Below, piece after piece: positions 1 to 10,458 of a stretch of DNA of 64,000 bases. Location: positions 128,001 through 192,000 of the forward strand of contig CAVVCZ010000005.1 in NCBI GenBank assembly GCA_963746845.1, given 5' to 3'. Both the position numbers and the translations under genes were made by a program. The notes under the pieces are model-generated. The model did not search any database. It was given only the letters and a program-made list of their open reading frames with translations, and was not told the origin of the DNA. Position 1 is the first letter of the stretch. The number at the start of each line of letters is the position of its first letter. This stretch comes from an uncultured Chloroflexia bacterium (lineage in GTDB: Bacteria > Chloroflexota > Limnocylindria > Limnocylindrales > CSP1-4).

Positions 1-2
1 AC

Positions 3-929
3 GCCGCATCGAGCGATCCGAGCGGCTCGATCGACCGCGCGGGCCGGCTATCGGCGCCGGGCGACGACGACCTCGGTCGATGTCTGCCGGTCCAGCTGCG
101 GGTCAGCCGGCTGGTGGCGCCGCTCCAGCGGGGACGAGAGACGATCGGAATGCTCGCCGTCGGATCCCGGGCCGAGCGGGCGTTCGACGTGGACGACGTC
201 GAGACGCTCGCGTCGCTCGCGGACCAGGCCGCGATCGCCATTGAGCACGCGCGGCTGCAGGATCGTCTCCGCGAGCTGGCCGTCGACTCGGAGCGGGAGC
301 GGATCGCCCGCGAGATGCACGACGGCCTGGCCCAGGTCCTCGGCTACGTGAGCACGAAGTCGCAGGCGGTCGAGCAGCTCCTGGCCGCCGGTCGCATCGA
401 CGCGGCTCGTGCGCAGATGGCGGAGCTGGGTGCGGCCGCCCGATCGCTCTATGTCGACGTCCGCGAGGCGATCCTGGGGTTGCGGAGCCCGATCAGCCCG
501 GGCATCGGGCTCGTCGGCGCGATCGAGGACTACGGCGAGCGGTTCGCCGACGCCGCGAAGATCGGGGTCAAGGTCGTTGCGACGCCGACGGCACGCGCGA
601 CGCATCTCGGACCGGGCGTCGAGGCGAACGTCTTCCGGATCGTCCAGGAGAGCCTCACCAACGTCCGAAAGCACGCCGACGCGGCCCGGGTGGTCGTCCG
701 TCTTGACCGGGACGGCGATGACCTGCGGGTCGAGATCAGCGACGATGGCCGGGGGTTCCCGGCTGCGGCGGCGACCGAAGGCGACTGGCCCCGGTACGGG
801 CAGGCGGCAATGCGCGAGCGCGCGGCCGCGATCGGCGGGCGGCTCGAGTGGTCGAACGGGGACGACGGCGGTGGCATGGTGACGCTCGCCGTGCCGGTCG
901 CCTCCGGCGCCGATGCGGTCGCGTCCTGA
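3..929 (+). CDS. Sensor histidine kinase (GAF + HisKA_3 + HATPase, NarX/DosS-like), 5' truncated by window edge
   Basis: Frame open from base 3; ERERIAREMHDGLAQ H-box, ESLTNVRKHA N-box, DDGRGF G-box; GAF-like segment upstream. Confidence 0.9.
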   Translation, partial: AASSDPSGSIDRAGRLSAPGDDDLGRCLPVQLRVSRLVAPLQRGRETIGMLAVGSRAERAFDVDDVETLASLADQAAIAIEHARLQDRLRELAVDSERERIAREMHDGLAQVLGYVSTKSQAVEQLLAAGRIDAARAQMAELGAAARSLYVDVREAILGLRSPISPGIGLVGAIEDYGERFADAAKIGVKVVATPTARATHLGPGVEANVFRIVQESLTNVRKHADAARVVVRLDRDGDDLRVEISDDGRGFPAAAATEGDWPRYGQAAMRERAAAIGGRLEWSNGDDGGGMVTLAVPVASGADAVAS

Positions 930-1591
930 TGCGCATCCTGATCGCCGATGATCACGCGCTCTTCCGGGACGGCGTTGCCTCCCTGCTCGACGCCTGGGGC
1001 CACACGGTGGTCGGTCAGGCCGCGGACGGCAGGGCAGCGGTCGCCCTCGTGGACGCGCACCTGCCGGACCTGGTGCTGATGGACGTGCGCATGCCGGAGA
1101 TGACGGGTCTCGAGGCCACACGTCGGATCGGCGCGACGCACCCGGACGTCGCGATCGTCATGCTGACCGTGTCGGAGCAGGAGGACGACCTGTTCGAGGC
1201 GATCCGGGCCGGCGCACGCGGCTACCTGCTGAAGAGCCTCGAAGGGGCCCAGCTCCGTTCGATGATCGACGCCGTCGCCCGCGGCGAAGTGGCGATCGCG
1301 CCCTCGACGGCATTCCGGATCATCCGGCTCTTCGCCGAACCCAACGCCGCCGGGAGCGGGTCCGCCGCCAGCTTGAGCGCCGGAGGCGATCGCCGGCTGA
1401 CGCAGCGCGAGCGCGACGTCCTCGAGCTGGTGACCGCGGGGCTCCGGAACAAGGAGATCGCCGCCCGTCTGGGAATCACCGAGAACACGGTGAAGTTCCA
1501 CCTCCGGAACATCCTCGAGAAGCTCCATGCCGTCAGCCGGACGGAGCTCGCGACGCGGGCGATGCGCGAGGGCCTCGTCCGGGGCGACTGA
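929..1591 (+). CDS. NarL/LuxR-family response regulator
   Basis: MRILIADDH...LMDVRMP receiver, LTQRERDVL...NKEIA...TVKFH HTH; TGATG overlap with kinase stop. Confidence 0.93.
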   Translation: MRILIADDHALFRDGVASLLDAWGHTVVGQAADGRAAVALVDAHLPDLVLMDVRMPEMTGLEATRRIGATHPDVAIVMLTVSEQEDDLFEAIRAGARGYLLKSLEGAQLRSMIDAVARGEVAIAPSTAFRIIRLFAEPNAAGSGSAASLSAGGDRRLTQRERDVLELVTAGLRNKEIAARLGITENTVKFHLRNILEKLHAVSRTELATRAMREGLVRGD

Positions 1592-1612
1592 GCGCGGCCG
1601 TCCGCGGGCCGA

Positions 1613-1701
1613 CGTGCCGTTTGGACGTCGTGCCCTAGTCGAAAGGATGGGGCCCCCCGGGCCGATCGAACCTATGCCGGGGGCGGTCCGCCTTCGATGC
1701 T
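1613..1701 (+). promoter_or_regulatory. Promoter with tandem DosR/OsdR-like boxes (1613-1628, 1635-1650, 1658-1673) and -10-like GATGCT (1696-1701)
   Basis: cgggccgatcgaacct matches AGGGCCGATCGGCCCT at 13/16; same spacing to the -10 recurs at three other promoters. Confidence 0.5.
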
Positions 1702-1732
1702 CTGCCGACAGTCAGGTCGACGGAGGCGGGTC

Positions 1733-3679
1733 ATGGGCTATCGCATCGACATCGATCACGGTGGCTGCATCAACTGCGGGATCTGCATGGACGTGTGCCC
1801 GGTCGAGGCGCTCGACATGAGCCGACCGCTGGCGCCGGGGATCGAGACCGGCCAGGGGCCGGCCCGGCCGATGCCGTGGACGATGGAGCATCCGGTCCAG
1901 GTGGGTGAGTGCATCGGCTGCCAGATCTGTGTCCGGGAATGCCCCGTCGGGGTGGTGAGTCTGGCCAGCCAAACCGGTTCGACCGAGCTGGCTCCGCGAC
2001 AGGGACCCGTCCATCGACCCCCGACGAACGACGCCGGCTGGTCGGCCCTGTCGTCGGTCACGCTCGAGTCGCTCAAGCCGTCACACCCGTCGCCGTGGGG
2101 CGACCTGTTCCAATGGGCGACCAACGAACGGTCGGCTGCCGGTCCCGACGGGGTGTCGCCGATCGAGGGCCGGCAGGCACCGCAGGCGCCCTGCCAGACG
2201 GCCTGCCCGGCCGGCACCGACGCCGGACGGTATGTCGGGCTGGTCGCCCAGGGTCGCTTCGACGACGCCTATGCCGTCGCGGCCGAGGTCAACCCGTTCC
2301 CGTCGGTCTGCGGCTGGATCTGCACGGCGCCGTGCGAAGCGGCCTGCCGGCGTGGCGTCCTCGACGAGCCGATCTCGATCCGGACCATCAAGCGGTTCGC
2401 GACCGAGCACGGGACCCTGCCACCCGTCACGGCCCCGACGGTCAAGCGCGCGGGTCGCGTGGCGATCGTCGGCGGCGGACCGGCCGGGATGTCGGCCGCC
2501 TACTACCTGGCCCGCCTGGGCTATCCCGTGACGGTGTTCGAGGCGATGCCGGTGCCGGGCGGGATGATGGCGATCGGGATCCCCGCCTATCGCCTGCCGC
2601 GCGACGTCCTGCAGGCCGAGATCGCACGGATCGTCGGGCTCGGTGTCGACCTTCGCCTGAACGCAGCCATGGGACGCGACTTCACCCTCGGCGATCTCCA
2701 GAGCGACGGGTACGCGGCGATCTTCCTCGCCACGGGCGCGTCGAAGAGCCGACGCCTCGGCGTACCGGGCGACGAGGCGGGCGGTGTGGTCCCGGCCACG
2801 CTCTTCCTGAAGCAGGTGAATCTCGGCGAATCGCCGCGGCTCAGCGGTCCGGTGGTCGTCGTCGGCGGCGGCAGCACCGCGATGGACGCCGCCCGGTCGG
2901 CCCTCCGGAGCGGCGCGAGCTCGGTCGTCGTGGCCTATCGCCGGCGACGGACGGACATGCCCGCGCAGGTCGAGGAGATCGAGGCCGCCGAGCGCGAGGG
3001 GATCGAGATCCGGACAGAGCTGGTCGTCGACGAGGTCGTGGTCCGTGACGGGGCGGCGGTCGCCCTCCGCTGCACGGAGGGCGGGCCGGCGGCCCGGGTC
3101 GTCGACCTGCCGGCCCGCACGGTCCTCGTCGCGATCGGCGAGGAGCCGGACCCGTCGATCCTGCCCGAAGGGACCGGGATCGAGATCAGCGGCTGGGCCG
3201 GTGTCGTCGCCGACGCCCGAACCCTCTCGACCGGCCAGGTCGGGGTCTTCGCGGGGGGCGACGTCGTCTCGGGCCCGAAGACGATCATCGACGCGGTCGC
3301 GGCGGGTCGCCGGGCGGCCGGCTCGATCCACGGCTACCTGGCCGGTGTCGCCGACCCCGAGGCGGAGATCCTGCGGACCGTCCGCTACCCGACCCTGCAC
3401 GAGGCGACGCTGACCGTCGACCTGACCGCACGGCCGCGGGCCCATCCCGCGCTCAACGTCGTCGATCCCGCGTCATTCGCGCCGACACAGGCCGGATACG
3501 AGCCCGCGATCGCGGTCGGTGAGGCGGGGCGCTGCTTCCGCTGCGACGCCGTCGATCGATGCGCGAGCGTCCACGTCCTCGGCGGCCGGGGTCCCGACGA
3601 TCGGCCGGCCGTCCCGCATGCGCCGACGTTTCCCGGCCCGGCTCCGGCGAGCCCCGCAGTCCCAGGAGGTGTGCAATGA
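1733..3679 (+). CDS. Fe-S flavoprotein: N-terminal 2x[4Fe-4S] ferredoxin + GltD/SudA-like FAD/NAD(P)H oxidoreductase
   Basis: CINCGICMDVCP and CIGCQICVRECP; PCQTACP...CGWICTAPCEAAC; GGGPAG, GGGSTAMD, GGDV motifs; C-terminal RCFRC; GGAGG RBS at 1722. Confidence 0.88.
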   Translation: MGYRIDIDHGGCINCGICMDVCPVEALDMSRPLAPGIETGQGPARPMPWTMEHPVQVGECIGCQICVRECPVGVVSLASQTGSTELAPRQGPVHRPPTNDAGWSALSSVTLESLKPSHPSPWGDLFQWATNERSAAGPDGVSPIEGRQAPQAPCQTACPAGTDAGRYVGLVAQGRFDDAYAVAAEVNPFPSVCGWICTAPCEAACRRGVLDEPISIRTIKRFATEHGTLPPVTAPTVKRAGRVAIVGGGPAGMSAAYYLARLGYPVTVFEAMPVPGGMMAIGIPAYRLPRDVLQAEIARIVGLGVDLRLNAAMGRDFTLGDLQSDGYAAIFLATGASKSRRLGVPGDEAGGVVPATLFLKQVNLGESPRLSGPVVVVGGGSTAMDAARSALRSGASSVVVAYRRRRTDMPAQVEEIEAAEREGIEIRTELVVDEVVVRDGAAVALRCTEGGPAARVVDLPARTVLVAIGEEPDPSILPEGTGIEISGWAGVVADARTLSTGQVGVFAGGDVVSGPKTIIDAVAAGRRAAGSIHGYLAGVADPEAEILRTVRYPTLHEATLTVDLTARPRAHPALNVVDPASFAPTQAGYEPAIAVGEAGRCFRCDAVDRCASVHVLGGRGPDDRPAVPHAPTFPGPAPASPAVPGGVQ

Positions 3680-4308
3680 CCCCGGAACAGGTCTCGGGCT
3701 TCTTCGATGCCGGCGAGAGCTTCATCGAGGGGACGATCGCGGCCGCCCTCGTCGTGCTCTGGACGCTCGCGGTGGCGATGCATCTCGGCCGACCGTACAT
3801 GGTCCGGAACACCGGCAAGTTCACGCTCCGGCTGGGCGCGGACCTGTGGTGGATCATCTACGTCGCCCTGCGCGACCTGATCCTCGTCCAGGTCCTCCTC
3901 GGCAGCTTCATCTTCTTCTACCCCGATGTCGTCACGGGCCAGGACCTGCCGATCACCGGCGGTCTTGCGGCCGTCTGCGCCTTCGCGGCGCTCCTGATCA
4001 AGCTCATGACGAAGGGCGATGCCGACGTCAACGGCTATCGCTGGCAGGTGATCCTCATCGGGCTCGGCGCGGCCCTGTACATCACGCCGTACTTCCTCGG
4101 GACCCAGATGACGGAGCTGACCGGTCAACGGGTCGACGTGATCATGCCGTTGCTCGTCAGCTCGAAGAACCCCGACCTCGCGCTGCCGCTGTGCTACCTG
4201 TCGGCGATCCTCGCGGGCATCTGCGGCGTGATCGCGGTCGTCTACAACCTGCGCGGAACGAATCGTCGCCGGCCGATCGAGTCGGCGCCGGAAGGAGCGA
4301 ACCGATGA
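3676..4308 (+). CDS. Uncharacterised polytopic membrane protein (paralog A)
   Basis: About 5 hydrophobic segments; AGGAGG RBS; ATGA coupling to upstream gene; similar to next gene. Confidence 0.8.
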   Translation: MTPEQVSGFFDAGESFIEGTIAAALVVLWTLAVAMHLGRPYMVRNTGKFTLRLGADLWWIIYVALRDLILVQVLLGSFIFFYPDVVTGQDLPITGGLAAVCAFAALLIKLMTKGDADVNGYRWQVILIGLGAALYITPYFLGTQMTELTGQRVDVIMPLLVSSKNPDLALPLCYLSAILAGICGVIAVVYNLRGTNRRRPIESAPEGANR

Positions 4309-4943
4309 GCGGCGACGATCTCGCAACCGCCCTGACCACCGGGGCCTCGGCCTGGCTGGTGCTGTCGATCGCGGCTGTCCTCCCGATCCTGTGGGCGTTC
4401 GCGCTCGTCCTGCACTTCGCTCGTCCCTACGTGTTGCGGTTCCTGCGGCTGCTGACCCTCCGCTTCGGGGGCGACGTCTGGTGGCTGTCCTATGTCCTGT
4501 TCCGGGATGCGCTGCTGGTCATCACCCTCGGGTTGAGCATGGTCTTCCTGATGCCGAACCTCTACCTGAAGGTCGGCCTCCCGATCACCGCACCCTTCGC
4601 GGCGGTCCTCCTGTTCTGGGCGCTCGTCGTCAAGCTGATCCGCGACGCAGACGACGACCCGGCCGCCTTCCGGCTCGTCAGCGCCCTGCTGGTGGTCGCC
4701 TCGGTCCTGTACATCGTTCCGCAGGTCTACGGCATGGAAGCGGCCGACCAGGAATACCTCGGCAGCCTGCCGAGCACGCTGGTCAGCACCACGAACCTCG
4801 CCCTCGCCCGGCCGATCCTGTGGATCAGCATCGGCCTGTTCGCCCTGACCGGGGCGGCGCTGTTCGTCCGGTTCCTCGTCAACCTCGGCCGGAGCGAGGC
4901 GTCCGCTGACGACGCGGTGGAGGAGACGCGCATCGCAGCCTGA
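4305..4943 (+). CDS. Uncharacterised polytopic membrane protein (paralog B)
   Basis: ATGA coupling; shares H-x2-RPY, TLR-x-G-x-D-x-WW, Y-x3-RD and LPIT motifs with paralog A. Confidence 0.8.
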   Translation: MSGDDLATALTTGASAWLVLSIAAVLPILWAFALVLHFARPYVLRFLRLLTLRFGGDVWWLSYVLFRDALLVITLGLSMVFLMPNLYLKVGLPITAPFAAVLLFWALVVKLIRDADDDPAAFRLVSALLVVASVLYIVPQVYGMEAADQEYLGSLPSTLVSTTNLALARPILWISIGLFALTGAALFVRFLVNLGRSEASADDAVEETRIAA

Positions 4944-5206
4944 CCACGCCTCGCGCCCGGATGGGACCGGGCGGGCCTCCGCCCGGTCCCGCTCAGCTCG
5001 CCCAGTTCGACCCCCGGCGCGCCCGATCGGATCGTCCGATCTCGCACGCCGCCGGGAGTCACTCCCATCCCGCCGCACGTTCCGCCGATTTCGGAATCCG
5101 GAATCGGACCGGCGACCGCGGAACGAGGGTGAGTTCCTGTGGCGTTCGATCTCGGACGAGATCGGAAACGCGGGCGAGGCCAGGGGTTCGCCGAAGAGGC
5201 GGCCCG

Positions 5207-6499
5207 CTACGACCCCCGACGCGCCAACCGATCCCGGAGCCGGAACCACTCGCCGGCGAACGGCAGGAACCACGGCCGGCCCTCGTACGGCGCCGGCACG
5301 AGCGGGAAGGACAGCTTCGCGAGCGCCGGCGCCGAGCCCCCGCCGATCCACTCCCCGATCGCCGTCCCGAGCGCGGTCATCAGCGCGACACCGGTCCCGC
5401 AGCAGCCCATCGCGTAGGTGATGCCATCCTTGCGCCCGACGTGCGGCATCCGATCGAACGTGAACCCGACGTTGCCGCCCCAGGCGTAGTCGACGCGGAG
5501 GCCGGCGAGCTGCGGATGGACCTCGAGCATCCCCTTGTGGAGGATCGCCGCGGTGTGGTCGACGTTCGTCGGCAGGAAGCTCGCCCGGCCGCCGAAGATC
5601 ATCCGGCGGTCCTCGGACACGTGCCAGTAGTAGAGGAAGTTCTTCGTGTCGAAGAAGGCCCGGCCCCGCGGCGAGAGGGTCCGTGCCAGCTCCTCGGGGA
5701 GCGGCTCGGTCGCGATGATGTAGCTCCCGATCGGGATGATCCGCCGGCGGAGCGACGGCACGACCCCGTCGGTGTAGCCGTTCGTCCCGACGACGACCTC
5801 CTTCGTCAGGATCGCGCCGCGGCTCGTCTCGACGACGAGCCGGCCGTCCGCCTGGCGCCGGACCGTCCGCGCCCGGACGCCCTCGTGGAGGTCCGCGCCG
5901 GCGCGATCGGCGGCCGCGACCAGTCCGGCGAAGTACTTGCCGGGGTGGAGCAGCCCGCTCGGCGGGAAGACCAGCCCGCCGTGGTAGAACGTCGAGCCGA
6001 TCTCGGTGGCGAGCTCGTCCTTCGGGACGAACGTCGCCTCGATCCCGAATCTGCGGAGCGTGTCCACGGACGCCCGGAGCTCGTCGACGTGCGACGGCCC
6101 CCACGCGAGGTCCAGGTAGCCGCACTCCCGGAACTCGCAGTCGATCGCCTCCTCGGCGATCAGCCGCTTGACGAGGTCGTAGGCGTCGAGCGTCTCGCGG
6201 AACAGCGCCCGGCCGGTCTCCTCGCCGTATCGGTCGATCAGCTCGGCGGGGCCCCACTTGTACCCGGGGTGAACGATCCCACCGTTGCGGGTCGACCCGC
6301 CGAACCCGAGGCTCTCCGCCTCGAGCAGGGTGACGGCGGCCCCACCGCGAGCCAGCGCACGGGCCGCATTGATCCCGGTGTATCCGCCGCCGATGACGAC
6401 GACGTCCGTGACATCCGGGAGGGGCCGGTCGCGGCGCGACGGAAGCGCGGGCATCGTCGTGTGCCAGTACGGCCGCCGCTCGTAGTCGCGGTTCAGCAC
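5207..6499 (-). CDS. FAD-dependent oxidoreductase, PuuB/DadA-like (gamma-glutamylputrescine oxidase family); start uncertain (6499 or 6523)
   Basis: VVIGGGYTG, GGSTRNGG, GTNGY, WGG...FDRMPH motifs. Confidence 0.85.
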   Translation of the reverse strand: MLNRDYERRPYWHTTMPALPSRRDRPLPDVTDVVVIGGGYTGINAARALARGGAAVTLLEAESLGFGGSTRNGGIVHPGYKWGPAELIDRYGEETGRALFRETLDAYDLVKRLIAEEAIDCEFRECGYLDLAWGPSHVDELRASVDTLRRFGIEATFVPKDELATEIGSTFYHGGLVFPPSGLLHPGKYFAGLVAAADRAGADLHEGVRARTVRRQADGRLVVETSRGAILTKEVVVGTNGYTDGVVPSLRRRIIPIGSYIIATEPLPEELARTLSPRGRAFFDTKNFLYYWHVSEDRRMIFGGRASFLPTNVDHTAAILHKGMLEVHPQLAGLRVDYAWGGNVGFTFDRMPHVGRKDGITYAMGCCGTGVALMTALGTAIGEWIGGGSAPALAKLSFPLVPAPYEGRPWFLPFAGEWFRLRDRLARRGS

Positions 6500-6537
6500 G
6501 CTCGTCGGGCCGGAGGTGGGCACGTCAGGCGGCGGGC

Positions 6538-7976
6538 TCAGCCGGCCGCGTCGTCGTCGATCGAGGCTTCGTAGGCCATGCGGCCACCAGCGACCGTCAG
6601 CAGCACCTGGCCCGCCAGGTCGCGGCCGCGCAATGGCGTGTTCTTGCCGCGCGACGCCAGGGCATCCGGCTCCACCCGCCAGGTCGTCGACCGGTCGAAG
6701 ATGACCAGGTCCCCGGGCTGACCCTCCACCAGACCCGGGCCCGGGCGATCTCCCCAGCGCGAGCCCAGGACGCGGGCCGGACCGGCCGTCAACGCCTGGA
6801 CTGCGCGGGCAAGCGGGACCAGGCCCGCGTCGACCATCGCGAGGACGACGCCCAACGCCGTCTCGAGCCCGCTGATCCCGTTGGCCGCCAGCCCGAACTC
6901 GACGTCCTTGTCGACGCTCGTGTGCGGCGCGTGGTCCGTGGCGATCGCGTCCGCGGTCCCGTCCAGCAGCGCCACCCGGCACGCGGCCGCGTCGGCGACC
7001 GAGCGGAGCGGCGGGTTGACCCGGAGCGATGATGCATACGGCGCCGCGACGAGCGCGCCCGGGCCATCCGCCCACGGGTCGCCGGTCCCATCCCAGGACC
7101 AGCGTCGCGCGCCCGCCAGCCACTCGTCGGAGAGGGCGAGATGATGCGGTGTTACGTCGCACGTCACCGGCAGCCCCGCCGCCTTCGCTCGGCGGACCAG
7201 GTCCATCGACCCCGCGGTCGAGAGGTGGGTCAGGTGGAGCCGGGCGCCCGGCACGTCGCGGACGACGTCCGCCAGCAGCGCCAGGTCGCGGGCGACGGCG
7301 GTCTCCTCGGCCGCCGCCGGCCAGCCCCGGAGCCCGAGGACGGTCGCGACATAGCCGTCGTTCGCCTCGGCGCCGGCGGTCAATCCTCGATCCTCGGCGT
7401 GGTCGACGATCGGCAGCCCGAGCGCGCCCGCGTACGCGAGCGCGTTCCGCATCAGGGCCGGCGAGGTGACCGGCGCCCCATCGTCGCTGAACCCGACGAC
7501 CCCGGCGTCGGCCAGCTCACCGAGCGCCGCAAGGGTCTCGCCGGCGCGTCCGGCGGAGATCGCGCCCCAGGCCAGCGCCCGGACCGGCGATCCGGAGGCC
7601 GCGGCTGCCGCGGTGACCCGGGCCAGCACCGCCGGGTCGTCGAGCGACGGCGTCGTGTTCGGCATCGCGCAGACGGTCGTGAACCCGCCGTGGGCGGCGG
7701 CCGCGAGCCCGCTGGCCAAGGTCTCCGCGTCCTCGTTGCCCGGCTCGCGGAGGTGGACGTGGAGGTCCACGAAGCCCGGGGCGACGATCACCCCGCGGTC
7801 GTCGATCCCGTCGGCCTCGCCGGCGTCGAGCCACGTCACGGCCTCGAGGACGCCGTCGGAGACGACGATCTCGCCCGGTCCCTCGCGCCCGGATGCCGGG
7901 TCCACGAGCCAGGCCCGCGAGATCTCGAGGTCCGCGACGACCCGCCCGACCTCGCCGATCGTCGGGGCGATGGCGC

Positions 7977-7980
<4 letters not shown>
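6538..7980 (-). CDS. pyrC: Dihydroorotase
   Basis: DLHVHLREPG, AMPNT, DHAED, ATDHAPH; GTGA-coupled to pyrB. Confidence 0.93.
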
Positions 7981-9676
<1,696 letters not shown>

Positions 9677-9831
9677 TCAAGCATATCAACGGCTGTCGCG
9701 CCTGGACGACGCTGGTCTGCGTTGGCCGCTGCGGTCCGCGCTCACGCACCCTCGGGTGCGCTCGCTTTCGGTCCTCGCCGCCGCCTTGCCAGCGTCGCCC
9801 ATCCGCGACGAACGCAGTAGGCCGACCCGGG

Positions 9832-10413
9832 TCAGTAGACTGAGACCGTCACCCAGGTCGTGCCCGAGTAGGACGGGCAGCCGCAGATGTCGAAGAAGTC
9901 CGGGGTATAGAGGTCGATCACCCGGTTCTTCGTCGAGGCGACCGGACCATAGTCGGTCACGGTCCGCTCGAGGCAGCCACCGGCGCCGCACACGATGATC
10001 GTGGTCCCGCGCGGCAGGCGCATCGCGGTCGTGCCGTTTGCGTAGAACGTCGCGTAGCCGCTGATCTTGTACCGCGGCGGCTTCTGCGCGGAGCCACCGT
10101 GGGCCGCGGGCAGGGTGACCTGCGGACGGCGGACACGCGGCGCCGCGGCGACCCCGCCGGGCTCTGTGAACACGCTCGACTCGTCGATCCGGCCGGCCGA
10201 CACGTACGTCGAATCGAACGTTCCGACGGAATCCTCTTCCGCCGCGAACGCCGGGACCTGAACCGATTGGAACGCGGCCGGGCCGATCACGGAAGCGGGC
10301 GTTGGCCCAGCCGATCCGGCGATTCCCGGCAACGCGCCCAGGGCGAGGGCGGCAGTGAGCACCGCACCAACGACCATCCTGGAAGGTCGCACGATCGGCG
10401 CACGATACCGCAA
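9832..10413 (-). CDS. Secreted protein with C-terminal RlpA-like double-psi beta-barrel (start may be 10377)
   Basis: Signal-like N-terminus; GYATFY...LPRGT...V.DYGP...RVIDL pattern. Confidence 0.6.
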   Translation of the reverse strand: MRYRAPIVRPSRMVVGAVLTAALALGALPGIAGSAGPTPASVIGPAAFQSVQVPAFAAEEDSVGTFDSTYVSAGRIDESSVFTEPGGVAAAPRVRRPQVTLPAAHGGSAQKPPRYKISGYATFYANGTTAMRLPRGTTIIVCGAGGCLERTVTDYGPVASTKNRVIDLYTPDFFDICGCPSYSGTTWVTVSVY

Positions 10414-10458
10414 ACAGCGTACGCGTGCGCCGCTTGTCCCCGTTTCCGGGGGCCCGGA

